64,000 nt of DNA from an uncultured Candidatus Saccharibacteria bacterium (lineage in GTDB: Bacteria; Patescibacteriota; Minisyncoccia; Minisyncoccales; CAZBVF01): contig CAZKKG010000001.1 in assembly GCA_964553275.1 (NCBI GenBank), forward strand, positions 36,993 to 100,992, written 5' to 3'. Positions 20,501 through 27,515 of this stretch are shown here, piece after piece. Made by a program: the position numbers and the translations under genes. How positions within the stretch are numbered: the first letter of the stretch is position 1; every line of letters begins with the position of its first letter. The notes beneath the pieces were generated by a model. It did not search any database. It worked only from the letters and a program-made list of their open reading frames with translations, and was not told where the DNA came from.

Positions 20501-20957
20501 CTACAAACCCAGTAGCTTCTTCTATCTTCCATGGTACTAATATATCTTCTCTGTACTTCTTTTGAAAACGATTCACTGCTTTTTCGGTTAATGGTCCAAA
20601 ATACCCACTCACTATCCCTTCGGGATAGATTTCCGGGTCTTGTTTTAACATCTGTTGAAGTTTTTCGACCTGCTCTCCGCTGTCTCCGTATCTTAACGTT
20701 GATGTCAACGGCTTAATTTCTTGTTCTGGCTTCTCATTGTCCTGAGATTTATTAGAATCTTCCTCGTCTTCACCTACCTCCTTTTGATCCTCCACTGGTT
20801 GCTGCTGGAGCTGATCAAATCTTTGTTGAATTTGAACAATTTGCTCTTTGAGTTCTTCAATTGTAATTGTTTTTGTTGTTGCTTTAACAACATCCGAGAA
20901 AAAGAAGCAAACGACAAGAATTACTAAAAGATAGAGAAAGGTTTTCTTGTTTTTCAT
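14589..20957 (-). CDS. giant secreted subtilisin-like (S8) serine protease with PG-binding, FG-GAP, Kre9/KNH-like and PKD-like repeats
   Basis: 2122 aa. Signal peptide. Peptidoglycan-binding-like segment (LRYGDSGEQVEKLQQML...GYFGPLTEKAV). Subtilase triad (AVIDTGIDYTHPDLGG; HGTHCAGIAAS; GTSMATPHIAGAAAL). Five or more FG-GAP-like DxNxDGxxE repeats. Six ~105-aa repeats with I.SP.GG..W..G....I.W signature. One PKD-like module. Confidence 0.85.
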   Translation of the reverse strand: MKNKKTFLYLLVILVVCFFFSDVVKATTKTITIEELKEQIVQIQQRFDQLQQQPVEDQKEVGEDEEDSNKSQDNEKPEQEIKPLTSTLRYGDSGEQVEKLQQMLKQDPEIYPEGIVSGYFGPLTEKAVNRFQKKYREDILVPWKIEEATGFVGSMTLKKLNELYKDQCVSCGEEASLGKKEPLPEANESQESQTAETQQKTQQEVTILSGEHAGIYLTEKAEAGVYETFEDIPQESLELIPEEAGLEESEFQGYIIQFKEKSLISEWQELHNQAEKKAITSVQESAQFDSYRSDLNLTFQSYKTQLKAKISGFDQKIEREFKHVFNGIALDISQEEAEEIEKLDYIKEVFPNYKVRALLTDSVSLIRADEVWDLGYTGEGITIAVIDTGIDYTHPDLGGCLGSGCKVIGGYDFINNDSDPMDDHGHGTHCAGIAASNGNLKGVAPDAKLLAYKVLNDSGSGTFDQVIAGIEIAVDPNQDGDYSDHADIISLSLGCFNPVYCHQDDPPSLAVDEAVKAGVIAVVAAGNSGNGYETIGSPGTARKALTVGASCMTDQVGVHTYCDDKIAKFSSRGPTAAGVKPDVVAPGVEICSSQWDSAWNDKKCFDDEHTSISGTSMATPHIAGAAALIKQAHPDWSPEEIKMVLRNTALDLGYDIYTQGYGMIDVLKAVQAEKPSVAVLYNPVEIDGENFNVKGTVAGDSFNLYYVNGKDPEAKDWIEICSGLAVVTDDTLCNWDLRYLEDGEYTLKLIAKMGTEESEEFGFVNLDNIKITYPKDIRGEANWTNWQLRQAREVLPTWEEINIEGKVMGFGFKNYTIEWCDENYVNCTDKEIILTDNGNYPVNQNVLGKWNVASFTNPGYHYLKLTVYFEDRQEQVEDIKIYIDPAIHEGWPKEIDTIEGFEGYVLPLNGQPTLADINNNGQDNIIIAYGKNIHVFTHDGSYVSGWPREITNPYNIWGGMMQSGPAVADLNGDGHNEIVVGDNAGYLHILNYDGTYWDGWPKKLSDSKYPYIGPVSIEDINKDGELEMMFYNLSGYVYAVDVNGNYLEGFPAYPGGSFPKESIAVADLNNDGYGELISIFFNELYLLDHKGNILDGWPKAHGKYVKSVLGNMNDDDETEIVLGTLDGIYIYSWDGSVLDFIPIANLSHINGLSVGDIDKDGKLEIAMITNYGQGLHLFEKRDEGWQEADGFPIRDYSYRDGGDSSSHPLLGDLDTDIENEISIAIVDGDINVPRGELSELFAYSSDGSVVQNFPVKLNQTVFGTGSPMGDIDGDGKNELMTYTTAGSLLVWDMDGKSEDNEWPVFYHDSRHTNFYGEFLYPVEDSLTVISPNGGEKWSGKEKHKILWTSEGNIYSQLDVFIGGYDSNGNQTDDWKLIETEVSTAQGYFYWTPSNAPLNLPSCFSSIPVKYKIKIKETNGETDIIEDVSDDYFTIDFDPSIVITSPKGGEQITENEYLYINWEKYNWLGNKVGISLGGYSENGNQIDDWKKIITVSEGTAGLSWVPSQSNIFSTFSTLPVKYNIKLKEVLDSTETRTAAEDISDGYFTVDFVVAPSITVVSPNGGIFRVTKSSRIVWEQVEMEEKEVDILLAGYDENGKQIDDWKVIQAGVSADREFIFWLPRINDSVISSFSTFPDEYKIKIKETNGETDIIEDVSDDYFTIDFETLLTVISPNGGEEWVIGETYDITWESNGLDKVTIYLYGLSLRKTIVSNISASQGFYSWEISSDIDPDARYKIVVGCTEGSHFYSDDSDNYFSIVSEPPGNLPPVIDSIQSPAQLETNEKGTWIIEMHDPENESLTCTVSWGYEDVSEIANPDEYTIDSNNHIFVTFTHSYSEAGTYTIEFVVTDESDNTTKDSVIVEVIEEPPSIEESPFIIITSPKGGEQITKNEYLYIDWEKGNWTGSEIDISLGGYDNNGNQIDDWKKIMTVSERTAGLSWVPSQSDIFSTFSTLPVKYKIKLKEVLDSTETRTAVEDILNGYFTVDFVTSVNITSPKGGDRWYIGDTHDITWQAEGEGLITISIGPYLGGDRKTIAENVSASLGKYSWEVGTSLNGSVDPADDYKIVIINSTGLVGNWSGKFSITEQEQEEPLILRNIKGRLANISQTFSELVKGIKELLRGR

Positions 20958-21044
20958 AATATTATTTATTTCTTGTTAGTTTTTGACAAAAGTTGATAAC
21001 TTGCTTCAATATATAACTTTCTTTCATATATTAAAAGGTAAATC

Positions 21045-22787
21045 TCATATTTCTACCTCCTTTCTCTTCAAAACATTAATTAGTTTTTCTAAAGACAAGG
21101 TATTTATAATATCACCCTTTTCAGCCCATCCCCTTCTTGCTTGAAAAACACCAAATCTCATATTCTCCAACTGGCTAATATGGTGAGCATCTGAATTAAT
21201 AATCATTTTAATTCCCATTTCCTTTGCTATCCTTATATTTCTTTCATTTAAATCTAATCTTTTAGGATGAGCATTTATTTCCAAAACCACTCCGAAATCC
21301 TTAGCTGCTTTAAAAATCTTATCCCAGTCGGCCAAATATTCATCTCTCTGCTTAATTAACCTGCCCGTTGGATGGGCTAATATTTTAACATAGGGGTTTT
21401 TCATAGCTTTGATGATCCTTCTTGTCATTTCTTTTCTAGACATTTTAAAACTTGAATGCACTCCAGCAATAACATAATTAAGTTTTTTTAAAGCTTCATT
21501 CTTTATATCCAGCGAACCATCATTTAAGATGTTTGTTTCTGCCCCTTGTAAAATCTTAAATTTAACATTTGACATTTGAAACTTGGCATTTAACTTGTCT
21601 ATCTCCTTTCTCTGTTGGAAAAGTTCCTTCTCGTTTAATCCATGTTCTATTCTTAGAAACTTAGTATGATCGGAAATTCCTAGATATTGATACCCTATAT
21701 CAATACAGGCTTTTGCTATTTCTATAATATTGTCTGTTCCTCCATCCCACGAAGAATGGGAATGTAAGTCACCTTTTATATCTTCTAACTCTACTAATTC
21801 GGGCAGTTTTCCTTTGAGAGAAGCTTCTATTTCTCCTTTGTCCTCTCTAATTTCAGGAGGGATCCATTGTATGCCCAGAGATTCATAAACTTCTCTTTCG
21901 TTTTTTCCAGCTACCATCTTCTTACCTTTAAAAACTCCGTATTCATTCAACTTCAATCCCTTACTCATGGCTATCTTTCTTGTCCCAATATTATGTTCTT
22001 TGGAACCGGTAAAGTATTGTAAAGCTGCTCCGAAACTCTCTTTAGGGACAACTCTTAAATCAATCTCGAGACCTTGTCTTGTTCTGACAGATGATTTTGT
22101 TTCTCCTTTGCCCCAGATTTTTACAACACCAGGCATAGAAACAAAAAAATCCATTATCTTTTTTGGATTTTTTGTTGATATTAAAAGGTCTACATCGCCT
22201 ATTGTTTCTTTTCTTCTCCTGACAGATCCTGCTTCCGAAATGTTCTCTACTTCCTTTATTCTCTTAAATTCTTCTTTTATCTTTTCAACTTTTGCCAGCA
22301 CGTCTCCTAAAAGAAATCTCCCTTTGCTTTTCTTTAAAAAAGAAATACTCTGTAAAATGTTTTTTTCTGTTTTTTCCCCGAATCCGGGCAATTCTGCAAT
22401 CTTGTGCGACTTAGCTGCTTTTTCCAGGTCTTTTAAATTTCTTACTTTCAGTTTTTCATAAAGTATTTTTGCCATTCTCGGACCCACTCCCTCAACTGAA
22501 ATTAATTCCTCCATTTTGATAGGCGTTTTCTTTTTCAGTTCTTGGTAATATTTAATTTTTCCAGTTCTTAAATATTCTTCAATTTTTTCAGCAATACTTT
22601 CTCCAATTCCGGGAATTTTTTCTAAAGCATCTTTTCCTCCCTGAATATAGATTTTAGAAACATCTTTCTCTAAATTATCCAATTCCAAAGCAGCTTTCCT
22701 ATAAGCATAAGGTCTAAACTTTGCCTCTTCTGTTTTTAGAAGATTGGCAATCTCATAAAAGATTTTAGACAGTTCCTGATTTTTCAT
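21045..22787 (-). CDS. DNA polymerase X family protein with C-terminal PHP domain
   Basis: PolX N-terminus MKNQELSKIFYEIANLL, HhH/pol-beta core (GIGESIAEKI, GDVDLLI), PHP motif GDLHSHSSWDGG. The ORF-track start at 22856 adds 23 aa overlapping the upstream gene, so the start at 22787 is preferred. Confidence 0.8.
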   Translation of the reverse strand: MKNQELSKIFYEIANLLKTEEAKFRPYAYRKAALELDNLEKDVSKIYIQGGKDALEKIPGIGESIAEKIEEYLRTGKIKYYQELKKKTPIKMEELISVEGVGPRMAKILYEKLKVRNLKDLEKAAKSHKIAELPGFGEKTEKNILQSISFLKKSKGRFLLGDVLAKVEKIKEEFKRIKEVENISEAGSVRRRKETIGDVDLLISTKNPKKIMDFFVSMPGVVKIWGKGETKSSVRTRQGLEIDLRVVPKESFGAALQYFTGSKEHNIGTRKIAMSKGLKLNEYGVFKGKKMVAGKNEREVYESLGIQWIPPEIREDKGEIEASLKGKLPELVELEDIKGDLHSHSSWDGGTDNIIEIAKACIDIGYQYLGISDHTKFLRIEHGLNEKELFQQRKEIDKLNAKFQMSNVKFKILQGAETNILNDGSLDIKNEALKKLNYVIAGVHSSFKMSRKEMTRRIIKAMKNPYVKILAHPTGRLIKQRDEYLADWDKIFKAAKDFGVVLEINAHPKRLDLNERNIRIAKEMGIKMIINSDAHHISQLENMRFGVFQARRGWAEKGDIINTLSLEKLINVLKRKEVEI

Positions 22788-23424
22788 TTTCTTCTCCGTT
22801 AAAGATGTTTTTAATATTGATTTTGAAACCTTGGTCAAAAACACCGCTAATATCATTTCTTAAACGGAGGAGTAAAAGAGTACCGATTAACCCTGAAATT
22901 CCAACAGTAATGAAAACGGGGTCAAAACCGAATTTACTTACCGCCCACCCTCCTAAAAGTCCTGTAATTCCAATACCCATTCCGCTTGCAGTATCGCTTA
23001 TGGCCCATTCGGTAGCTTCTTTGCCTCTATCAATATGTCTTGTAAAAATTGCAGACCATCCAGAAAGGCTGACAGCCATAGCTACAGCGTGAACCGTCTG
23101 TAAGGCATAAATATGTGCAGGCGTTCTGGCAAATATGAAGCCGAAAGGAACGAGAGCAGCAATAAATAATCCCGTGGTTACAAACCAGTAGTCATCTTTT
23201 TCCCCTAAGCATTTATCTAAGAACAACCCTATGGGAGTTCTTAGGGCAGATCTCAAAATCCAGTAAATACCTGCTGCTGCTCCAGCAACAAAAACAGAAC
23301 CACCTTCAATTCTTTCTACAATAAAAATGGAAAATATAGGAGTAATTAACCCCCAACCGCTCCAAAAGGCAAGGTCACTTAAAATTAAATATTTGATTAT
23401 ACGACTAACTTTCATCCTAAACAT
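22765..23424 (-). CDS. six-TM membrane protein resembling one half of an MFS transporter (possible gene remnant)
   Basis: 219 aa with six predicted hydrophobic helices and Gly-rich helix faces. No partner half upstream; the upstream gene is divergent rtcA. Confidence 0.45.
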   Translation of the reverse strand: MFRMKVSRIIKYLILSDLAFWSGWGLITPIFSIFIVERIEGGSVFVAGAAAGIYWILRSALRTPIGLFLDKCLGEKDDYWFVTTGLFIAALVPFGFIFARTPAHIYALQTVHAVAMAVSLSGWSAIFTRHIDRGKEATEWAISDTASGMGIGITGLLGGWAVSKFGFDPVFITVGISGLIGTLLLLRLRNDISGVFDQGFKINIKNIFNGEENEKSGTV

Positions 23425-23510
23425 ATTGTCTTCATATTTTACGAGATACGAGAATATATCTAAAACAATTCTATATTTTTATTCTATCATAAATGGGCTA
23501 CAATGAGGTA

Positions 23511-24557
23511 ATGATAGAAATAGACGGTTCTATGGGAGAGGGCGGAGGACAAATATTGCGAACAGCTTGTGCCCTTTCTGCAATAACAAAAAAATCTTGT
23601 CATATTTTCAACATCAGAAATAACCGCAGCAATCCCGGATTAAAAGCCCAGCATCTCTGGGCTATCCGTTCTTTGGCCGAGCTTTCTAAGGCAGAGCTCC
23701 GAGGAGCCGCCATAAACTCAAAGAAAATTTGGTTCTCCCCAGAAGAAATAGAGAGTAGAGACATTAATATAAAAATAGATACCGCAGGAAGCATAACTTT
23801 AATTTTACAAGCACTGATACCTGTTTGCTTGTTCGCTCAAAGCCCCGTTAAAATTTCTTTCAAAGGAGGTGCCACTGATACTTTTTTTTCACCAACTTTT
23901 GATTATTTCAACCATGTTTTCTTAAGAATACTTGAAGGAATTGGAATAAAAGCTGAAACAAAAATTCTAAAAAGAGGATATTATCCTGAAGGCGAAGCTC
24001 AGGTAGAAATAGTTATTTCCCCTTCAAAAATAAAGAAAATTGATTTAACGGAAAGAGGAAATTTAAAAAGAATTTTGGCAATTTCCAGAGCCTCTGAACG
24101 TCTTAAAGAGAAAAAAGTTGTCGAGATGCAATTGGCCGGAGTGAAAGAGGTTCTTGGAAAATTAAACCTTCCTATTGAAGAAAAAAAGGAGTATCACCAG
24201 AGCCGATCCTTGGGAAGTTCTATTTGTTTAGCGGCAGAATTTGAAAATACCATCATCGGAAGTGATAGTTTAGGAAAACTTGGGAAAAGCGCTGAACAGA
24301 TAGGAATAGAAGCAGCTCTCCAGCTGTTAAAAGAGCAGAAATCAAACGCCTGCCTTGATGAGCATTTAGCTGATCAAATCCTACCTTATATGGCCTTGGG
24401 TTTTAAGAAATCAAGGATAACTGTTCCTGAAATAACAGAACATCTTAAAACCAATATTCAGGTAATTGAAAAATTTTTTAAAGGAACTTTTGAAATAAAA
24501 AATTGCCTTGAACAACAAAACAAATTTTTGATAAGTTGGGTTCCCGAGAATAATTAG
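23511..24557 (+). CDS. rtcA: RNA 3'-terminal phosphate cyclase
   Basis: MIEIDGSMGEGGGQILRTACALSAI matches the RtcA N-terminal signature. The ORF-track start at 23493 adds 6 aa. Confidence 0.85.
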   Translation: MIEIDGSMGEGGGQILRTACALSAITKKSCHIFNIRNNRSNPGLKAQHLWAIRSLAELSKAELRGAAINSKKIWFSPEEIESRDINIKIDTAGSITLILQALIPVCLFAQSPVKISFKGGATDTFFSPTFDYFNHVFLRILEGIGIKAETKILKRGYYPEGEAQVEIVISPSKIKKIDLTERGNLKRILAISRASERLKEKKVVEMQLAGVKEVLGKLNLPIEEKKEYHQSRSLGSSICLAAEFENTIIGSDSLGKLGKSAEQIGIEAALQLLKEQKSNACLDEHLADQILPYMALGFKKSRITVPEITEHLKTNIQVIEKFFKGTFEIKNCLEQQNKFLISWVPENN

Positions 24558-24630
24558 TAAACTTTCTATATTGACAAAAAAAACAATAAAAGGTATAATA
24601 ATACATTCTTTAAAAAAAGTTTGAATTAGC

Positions 24631-24741
24631 AAAAAGCCTTCAGCCTTTTGAGAGTCTGCCTCTGCTACCTCCTTTAGAGGCCCCCCTTTCGGGGGATAAC
24701 GATCTTGTATCGAAAGATTCTCAAAAGAATGAAGGCTTTTT
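24631..24741. other. 111-nt extended stem-loop between convergent genes (candidate bidirectional terminator or small structured RNA)
   Basis: aaaaagccttca (24631-42) pairs with tgaaggcttttt (24730-41). cttttgagagtc (24645-56) pairs with gattctcaaaag (24715-26). Inner GC hairpin ggcccccctttcggggg. 3' tail tttttatttcc. Confidence 0.4.
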
Positions 24742-24879
24742 ATTTCCTTTAAAAGCAAACTTTATAAACCGGCTGGGCCTAGAAAATTTCAATCACACTG
24801 GGAAGATGATTTATCAGAAACAAAATAATAATAAAGCAGACTATAACAACGATTAAAATATCAAATTTACTCATATAAT

Positions 24880-25629
24880 TTATTTTTTCATCTTATAGTA
24901 GATCAAACCGAAGTATTCATGGAAAGCTAAGTCGCTCTTTCTCAAATTCTTAGGGTTCGGAAAAAAATCTAAAATGGTTGCAGCTTTTTCCATTTTGAAA
25001 TCAACAGGAAACGGTACAGGATAGAGTCCTTCTTTTTCAAAAGCATAAACCGAACGAGGCATATGGTAAGCCGACGTTACTAAAAGAAAAGGGTCTTTAC
25101 CAACAACACTTTTAAGTTCCTGGGCTGCTTGATAAGTGTTGCGGGAAGAATCCTCAAGAATAATCTTTTCATCAGGAACTCCGAATGATCTTAAAAACTC
25201 AGAGATTACAATTCCATCCCTCACTTCAGGAAGGATAGGACTCGTCCCTGAGATAATAATAGTTGGTATTGCTTCTCTCTTTAAAAAAACTTCGAGTGCT
25301 CCAACCGTTCTATATAAAGTACTTTCATATAGTTTACTGTTCAAAGGATATAAATCCTCTTTTACTCCTCCCGTGAGCAAAACTATTTTAGAAATATTTT
25401 GAAAGGCATCCTCATTTAAAACTTCATACCTTACTTCCAGGGGGTAAATAAGAAGATTAGAAACTGGGGTTATTGAAAAAAAATAATACAGAACAACTGC
25501 CAGAATAATTAAAGACAAACCAATTTTCTTTTTGGAGAAAATTATTAAAAAGACCAAGCCCAATATAAATAAAAATAGAATGAAAACGCTTGGCAAAAGA
25601 AACATTTGAATAGTTTTGAAAAACAACAT
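24880..25629 (-). CDS. DUF218 (SanA/YdcF/ElyC-family) membrane protein
   Basis: 249 aa. Two N-terminal TM helices, then IIISGTSPILPEVRDGIVISEF ... LLVTSAYHMPRS characteristic of DUF218. Confidence 0.7.
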   Translation of the reverse strand: MLFFKTIQMFLLPSVFILFLFILGLVFLIIFSKKKIGLSLIILAVVLYYFFSITPVSNLLIYPLEVRYEVLNEDAFQNISKIVLLTGGVKEDLYPLNSKLYESTLYRTVGALEVFLKREAIPTIIISGTSPILPEVRDGIVISEFLRSFGVPDEKIILEDSSRNTYQAAQELKSVVGKDPFLLVTSAYHMPRSVYAFEKEGLYPVPFPVDFKMEKAATILDFFPNPKNLRKSDLAFHEYFGLIYYKMKK

Positions 25630-25706
25630 ATTTTAAAGAGTGGCGACTACCTTAATAAGCGAAAAACATTTTTCGTTCTTTACAAAAATCAATTTTGATA
25701 ATCCGC

Positions 25707-25973
25707 TTATATTTTGTAAACGTGGTAACCTTCTCTTACCTTCTGGTCGATTTTGAGCCCGAACGCATCCCCTTTTTTAACAGTTTGGACCTTTTCATGC
25801 TCCACTTCTATTGACTCAACTGTCTGTTCAAAGTCAGTATCCTCCCCTCCGACGATTCTAATTTTATCCCCAACTTTAAGAGTACCTGAAACCTCAATTA
25901 CAGCAACTCCGATATGATCAAAGTAATGAGTAACTTTTCCAATTAGTTTTCCTTCCTCAATTTTTTCCGGCAT
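25707..25973 (-). CDS. small EF-Tu domain-2-like beta-barrel protein (translation elongation factor-like)
   Basis: 88 aa. LIGKVTHYFDHIGVAVIEVSGTLKVGDKIRIVGGEDTDFEQTVESIEVEHEKV resembles stand-alone EF-Tu domain-II-like proteins. Confidence 0.5.
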   Translation of the reverse strand: MPEKIEEGKLIGKVTHYFDHIGVAVIEVSGTLKVGDKIRIVGGEDTDFEQTVESIEVEHEKVQTVKKGDAFGLKIDQKVREGYHVYKI

Positions 25974-26082
25974 ATTTTTAACTTCAAAGATTAAATCTCA
26001 AAACTTTTTAAAAAAATTGTATTTGAGATGCAAACTTGAGATATAATGTTAAAATTTAAATACCCGACCTTTATTAAAAACT

Positions 26083-26631
26083 TTAACGTTTCTTTTTCTT
26101 CTTAGTAATCAACTTAACTAATTTTTGAACTAATCTTTTAGGGTCTGAATCGTAAATAATCATTGCCGCTCTTCTATGGGGCAGTTTTATCATTTGTTTA
26201 ATCATGTCGGCCGTTCCTCCCGAATCCGTTAATACTCCGATAGGCTTTTTGTCTTCAAAAGCAATGGTAAATTCATTTAAGGTGCCCATTCTTCCGCAGC
26301 AAATAATTACACCATCAGCAGCTCTGGTCATTAAAAGATTTCTCCCTGAATAATCGAATCCCGTATAGATCATGACATCAAAATAATCCAAAGGAAGGCG
26401 ATAAACTTTTTTATGAGCTATCTCTGAGGCGGCCGGAGAAAATCCAATACTAATTCCGCCCTCTTGTTTGCATCCTTGAGCAGAATAAAAAGGAGCTCCG
26501 GTCGTGGCACCCGTAACCAGAATGCAATTCTGCCGAACAATTTCTTTTCCGATTTCTCTTGAAGTCTCTTTAATGTTTATTGCGCAGTGCTCGATTTTAG
26601 AAGCACCGCTCACAGCAATTTTGTATCTCAT
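26083..26631 (-). CDS. TIGR00725/LOG-like (SLOG) Rossmann-fold protein
   Basis: 182 aa. VSGASKIEHCA ... ILVTGATTGAPFYSAQG ... IICCGRMGTLNEFTIA pattern of the LOG/DprA-like SLOG superfamily. Confidence 0.6.
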   Translation of the reverse strand: MRYKIAVSGASKIEHCAINIKETSREIGKEIVRQNCILVTGATTGAPFYSAQGCKQEGGISIGFSPAASEIAHKKVYRLPLDYFDVMIYTGFDYSGRNLLMTRAADGVIICCGRMGTLNEFTIAFEDKKPIGVLTDSGGTADMIKQMIKLPHRRAAMIIYDSDPKRLVQKLVKLITKKKKKR

Positions 26632-26671
26632 ACCTATATCTTATCATAAAAGAGAATAAATTTGAAAAGTG

Positions 26672-26743
26672 TGTCCCTACTCCGATTCGAACGGAGATCC
26701 CGGCCTCCGGAGGGCCATACTTTGTCCATTAAGCTATAGGGAC
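26672..26743 (-). tRNA. tRNA-Arg (anticodon CCG)
   Basis: Minus strand read GTCCCTA-TA-GCTT-AATGGACA-AAGT-A-TGGCC-CTCCGGA-GGCCG-GGAT-CTCCG-TTCGAAT-CGGAG-TAGGGAC-A. 7-bp acceptor, U33, anticodon CCG, canonical T-loop. CCA not encoded. Confidence 0.85.
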
Positions 26744-26748
26744 AAATC

Positions 26749-27459
26749 CTATACCTTCTCTGCTATGATATATATGTTATGGCGATTCCCTTTTTCATTT
26801 CTTACAGTACCTGCATTTTTGACGGAAAAGCCAGCTTCTCTAAAAAGGTCGACTAGTTCTTTTTTAGAAAAAAAATGATAGTACCTGTTAAAACGAACAT
26901 TATCCTTGCTTTCTTTCCAGGGCAGAAATATATCTTTAAAATCAAGTTTTGATAAAAAAAGCAATTTTAAAAGAGTGAATTTCAAAAGAGACGATCTTAA
27001 TCTTTTCTCTCTAGCTTTCCAAACTGTCAAAACACACAATCCTTTTGGTTTTAAAACTCTCTTAATTTCTTTTAAAAACTTCAAACGCAATCTTTTTGAA
27101 GGAATATGATGTAAAACGGCAATGCTGTAGATTTTATCAAAACAGTTTTCAGAAAAAGGAAGATTAAAAGCATCAGCTGTTTTAAAGTCGGCATAAGGGT
27201 ATTTTTCTCTTGCTATCCCTATAAGGCTCTTACAATTATCTACTCCAATATAGTTTTCCGTATAATTTTTGATGACCTCGTAAAATCTTCCATTACCGCA
27301 CCCCAAGTCTAAAATCTTGTCATTAGGCTTAATATATTTTTCAAATAAAAATTTGATTTCAGGCCAAACCCTATTTCTGGTTGCTGAAAAATGTTCCACA
27401 ATCAGGTTATACCCTTTTAAGTTCTCTTTTAATAATTCGTCTGCGTATTCTTGTTTCAT
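26749..27459 (-). CDS. class I SAM-dependent methyltransferase
   Basis: 236 aa. Motif I ILDLGCGNGRF and methyltransferase type-11-like spacing. Confidence 0.75.
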   Translation of the reverse strand: MKQEYADELLKENLKGYNLIVEHFSATRNRVWPEIKFLFEKYIKPNDKILDLGCGNGRFYEVIKNYTENYIGVDNCKSLIGIAREKYPYADFKTADAFNLPFSENCFDKIYSIAVLHHIPSKRLRLKFLKEIKRVLKPKGLCVLTVWKAREKRLRSSLLKFTLLKLLFLSKLDFKDIFLPWKESKDNVRFNRYYHFFSKKELVDLFREAGFSVKNAGTVRNEKGNRHNIYIIAEKV

Positions 27460-27515
27460 TATTTTTCATTTTCAGAGTCTTTTAAAATATTCTAAAATGT
27501 AATAATATATCATCT

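Noticed and set aside
21967-22461. 164-aa plus-strand ORF
   Set aside because: Antisense within the PolX gene. Ser/Phe-rich low-complexity sequence.
22788-22856. N-terminal extensions proposed by longest-ORF starts for PolX (22856), tyrS (54008), PBP (54009), ruvA (35742) and rtcA (23493)
   Set aside because: The extra residues are not found in homolog N-termini. They create overlaps with neighbouring genes or precede the expected TM anchor. Internal Met starts were chosen instead.
24631-24741. Possible small SRP (4.5S) RNA on the minus strand (GNRA tetraloop plus AGCAG)
   Set aside because: AGCAG lies ~20 nt from the apical stem instead of directly flanking the domain IV loops, and the conserved GGAAG/CAGG context is absent. 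Kept only as a generic structured element.
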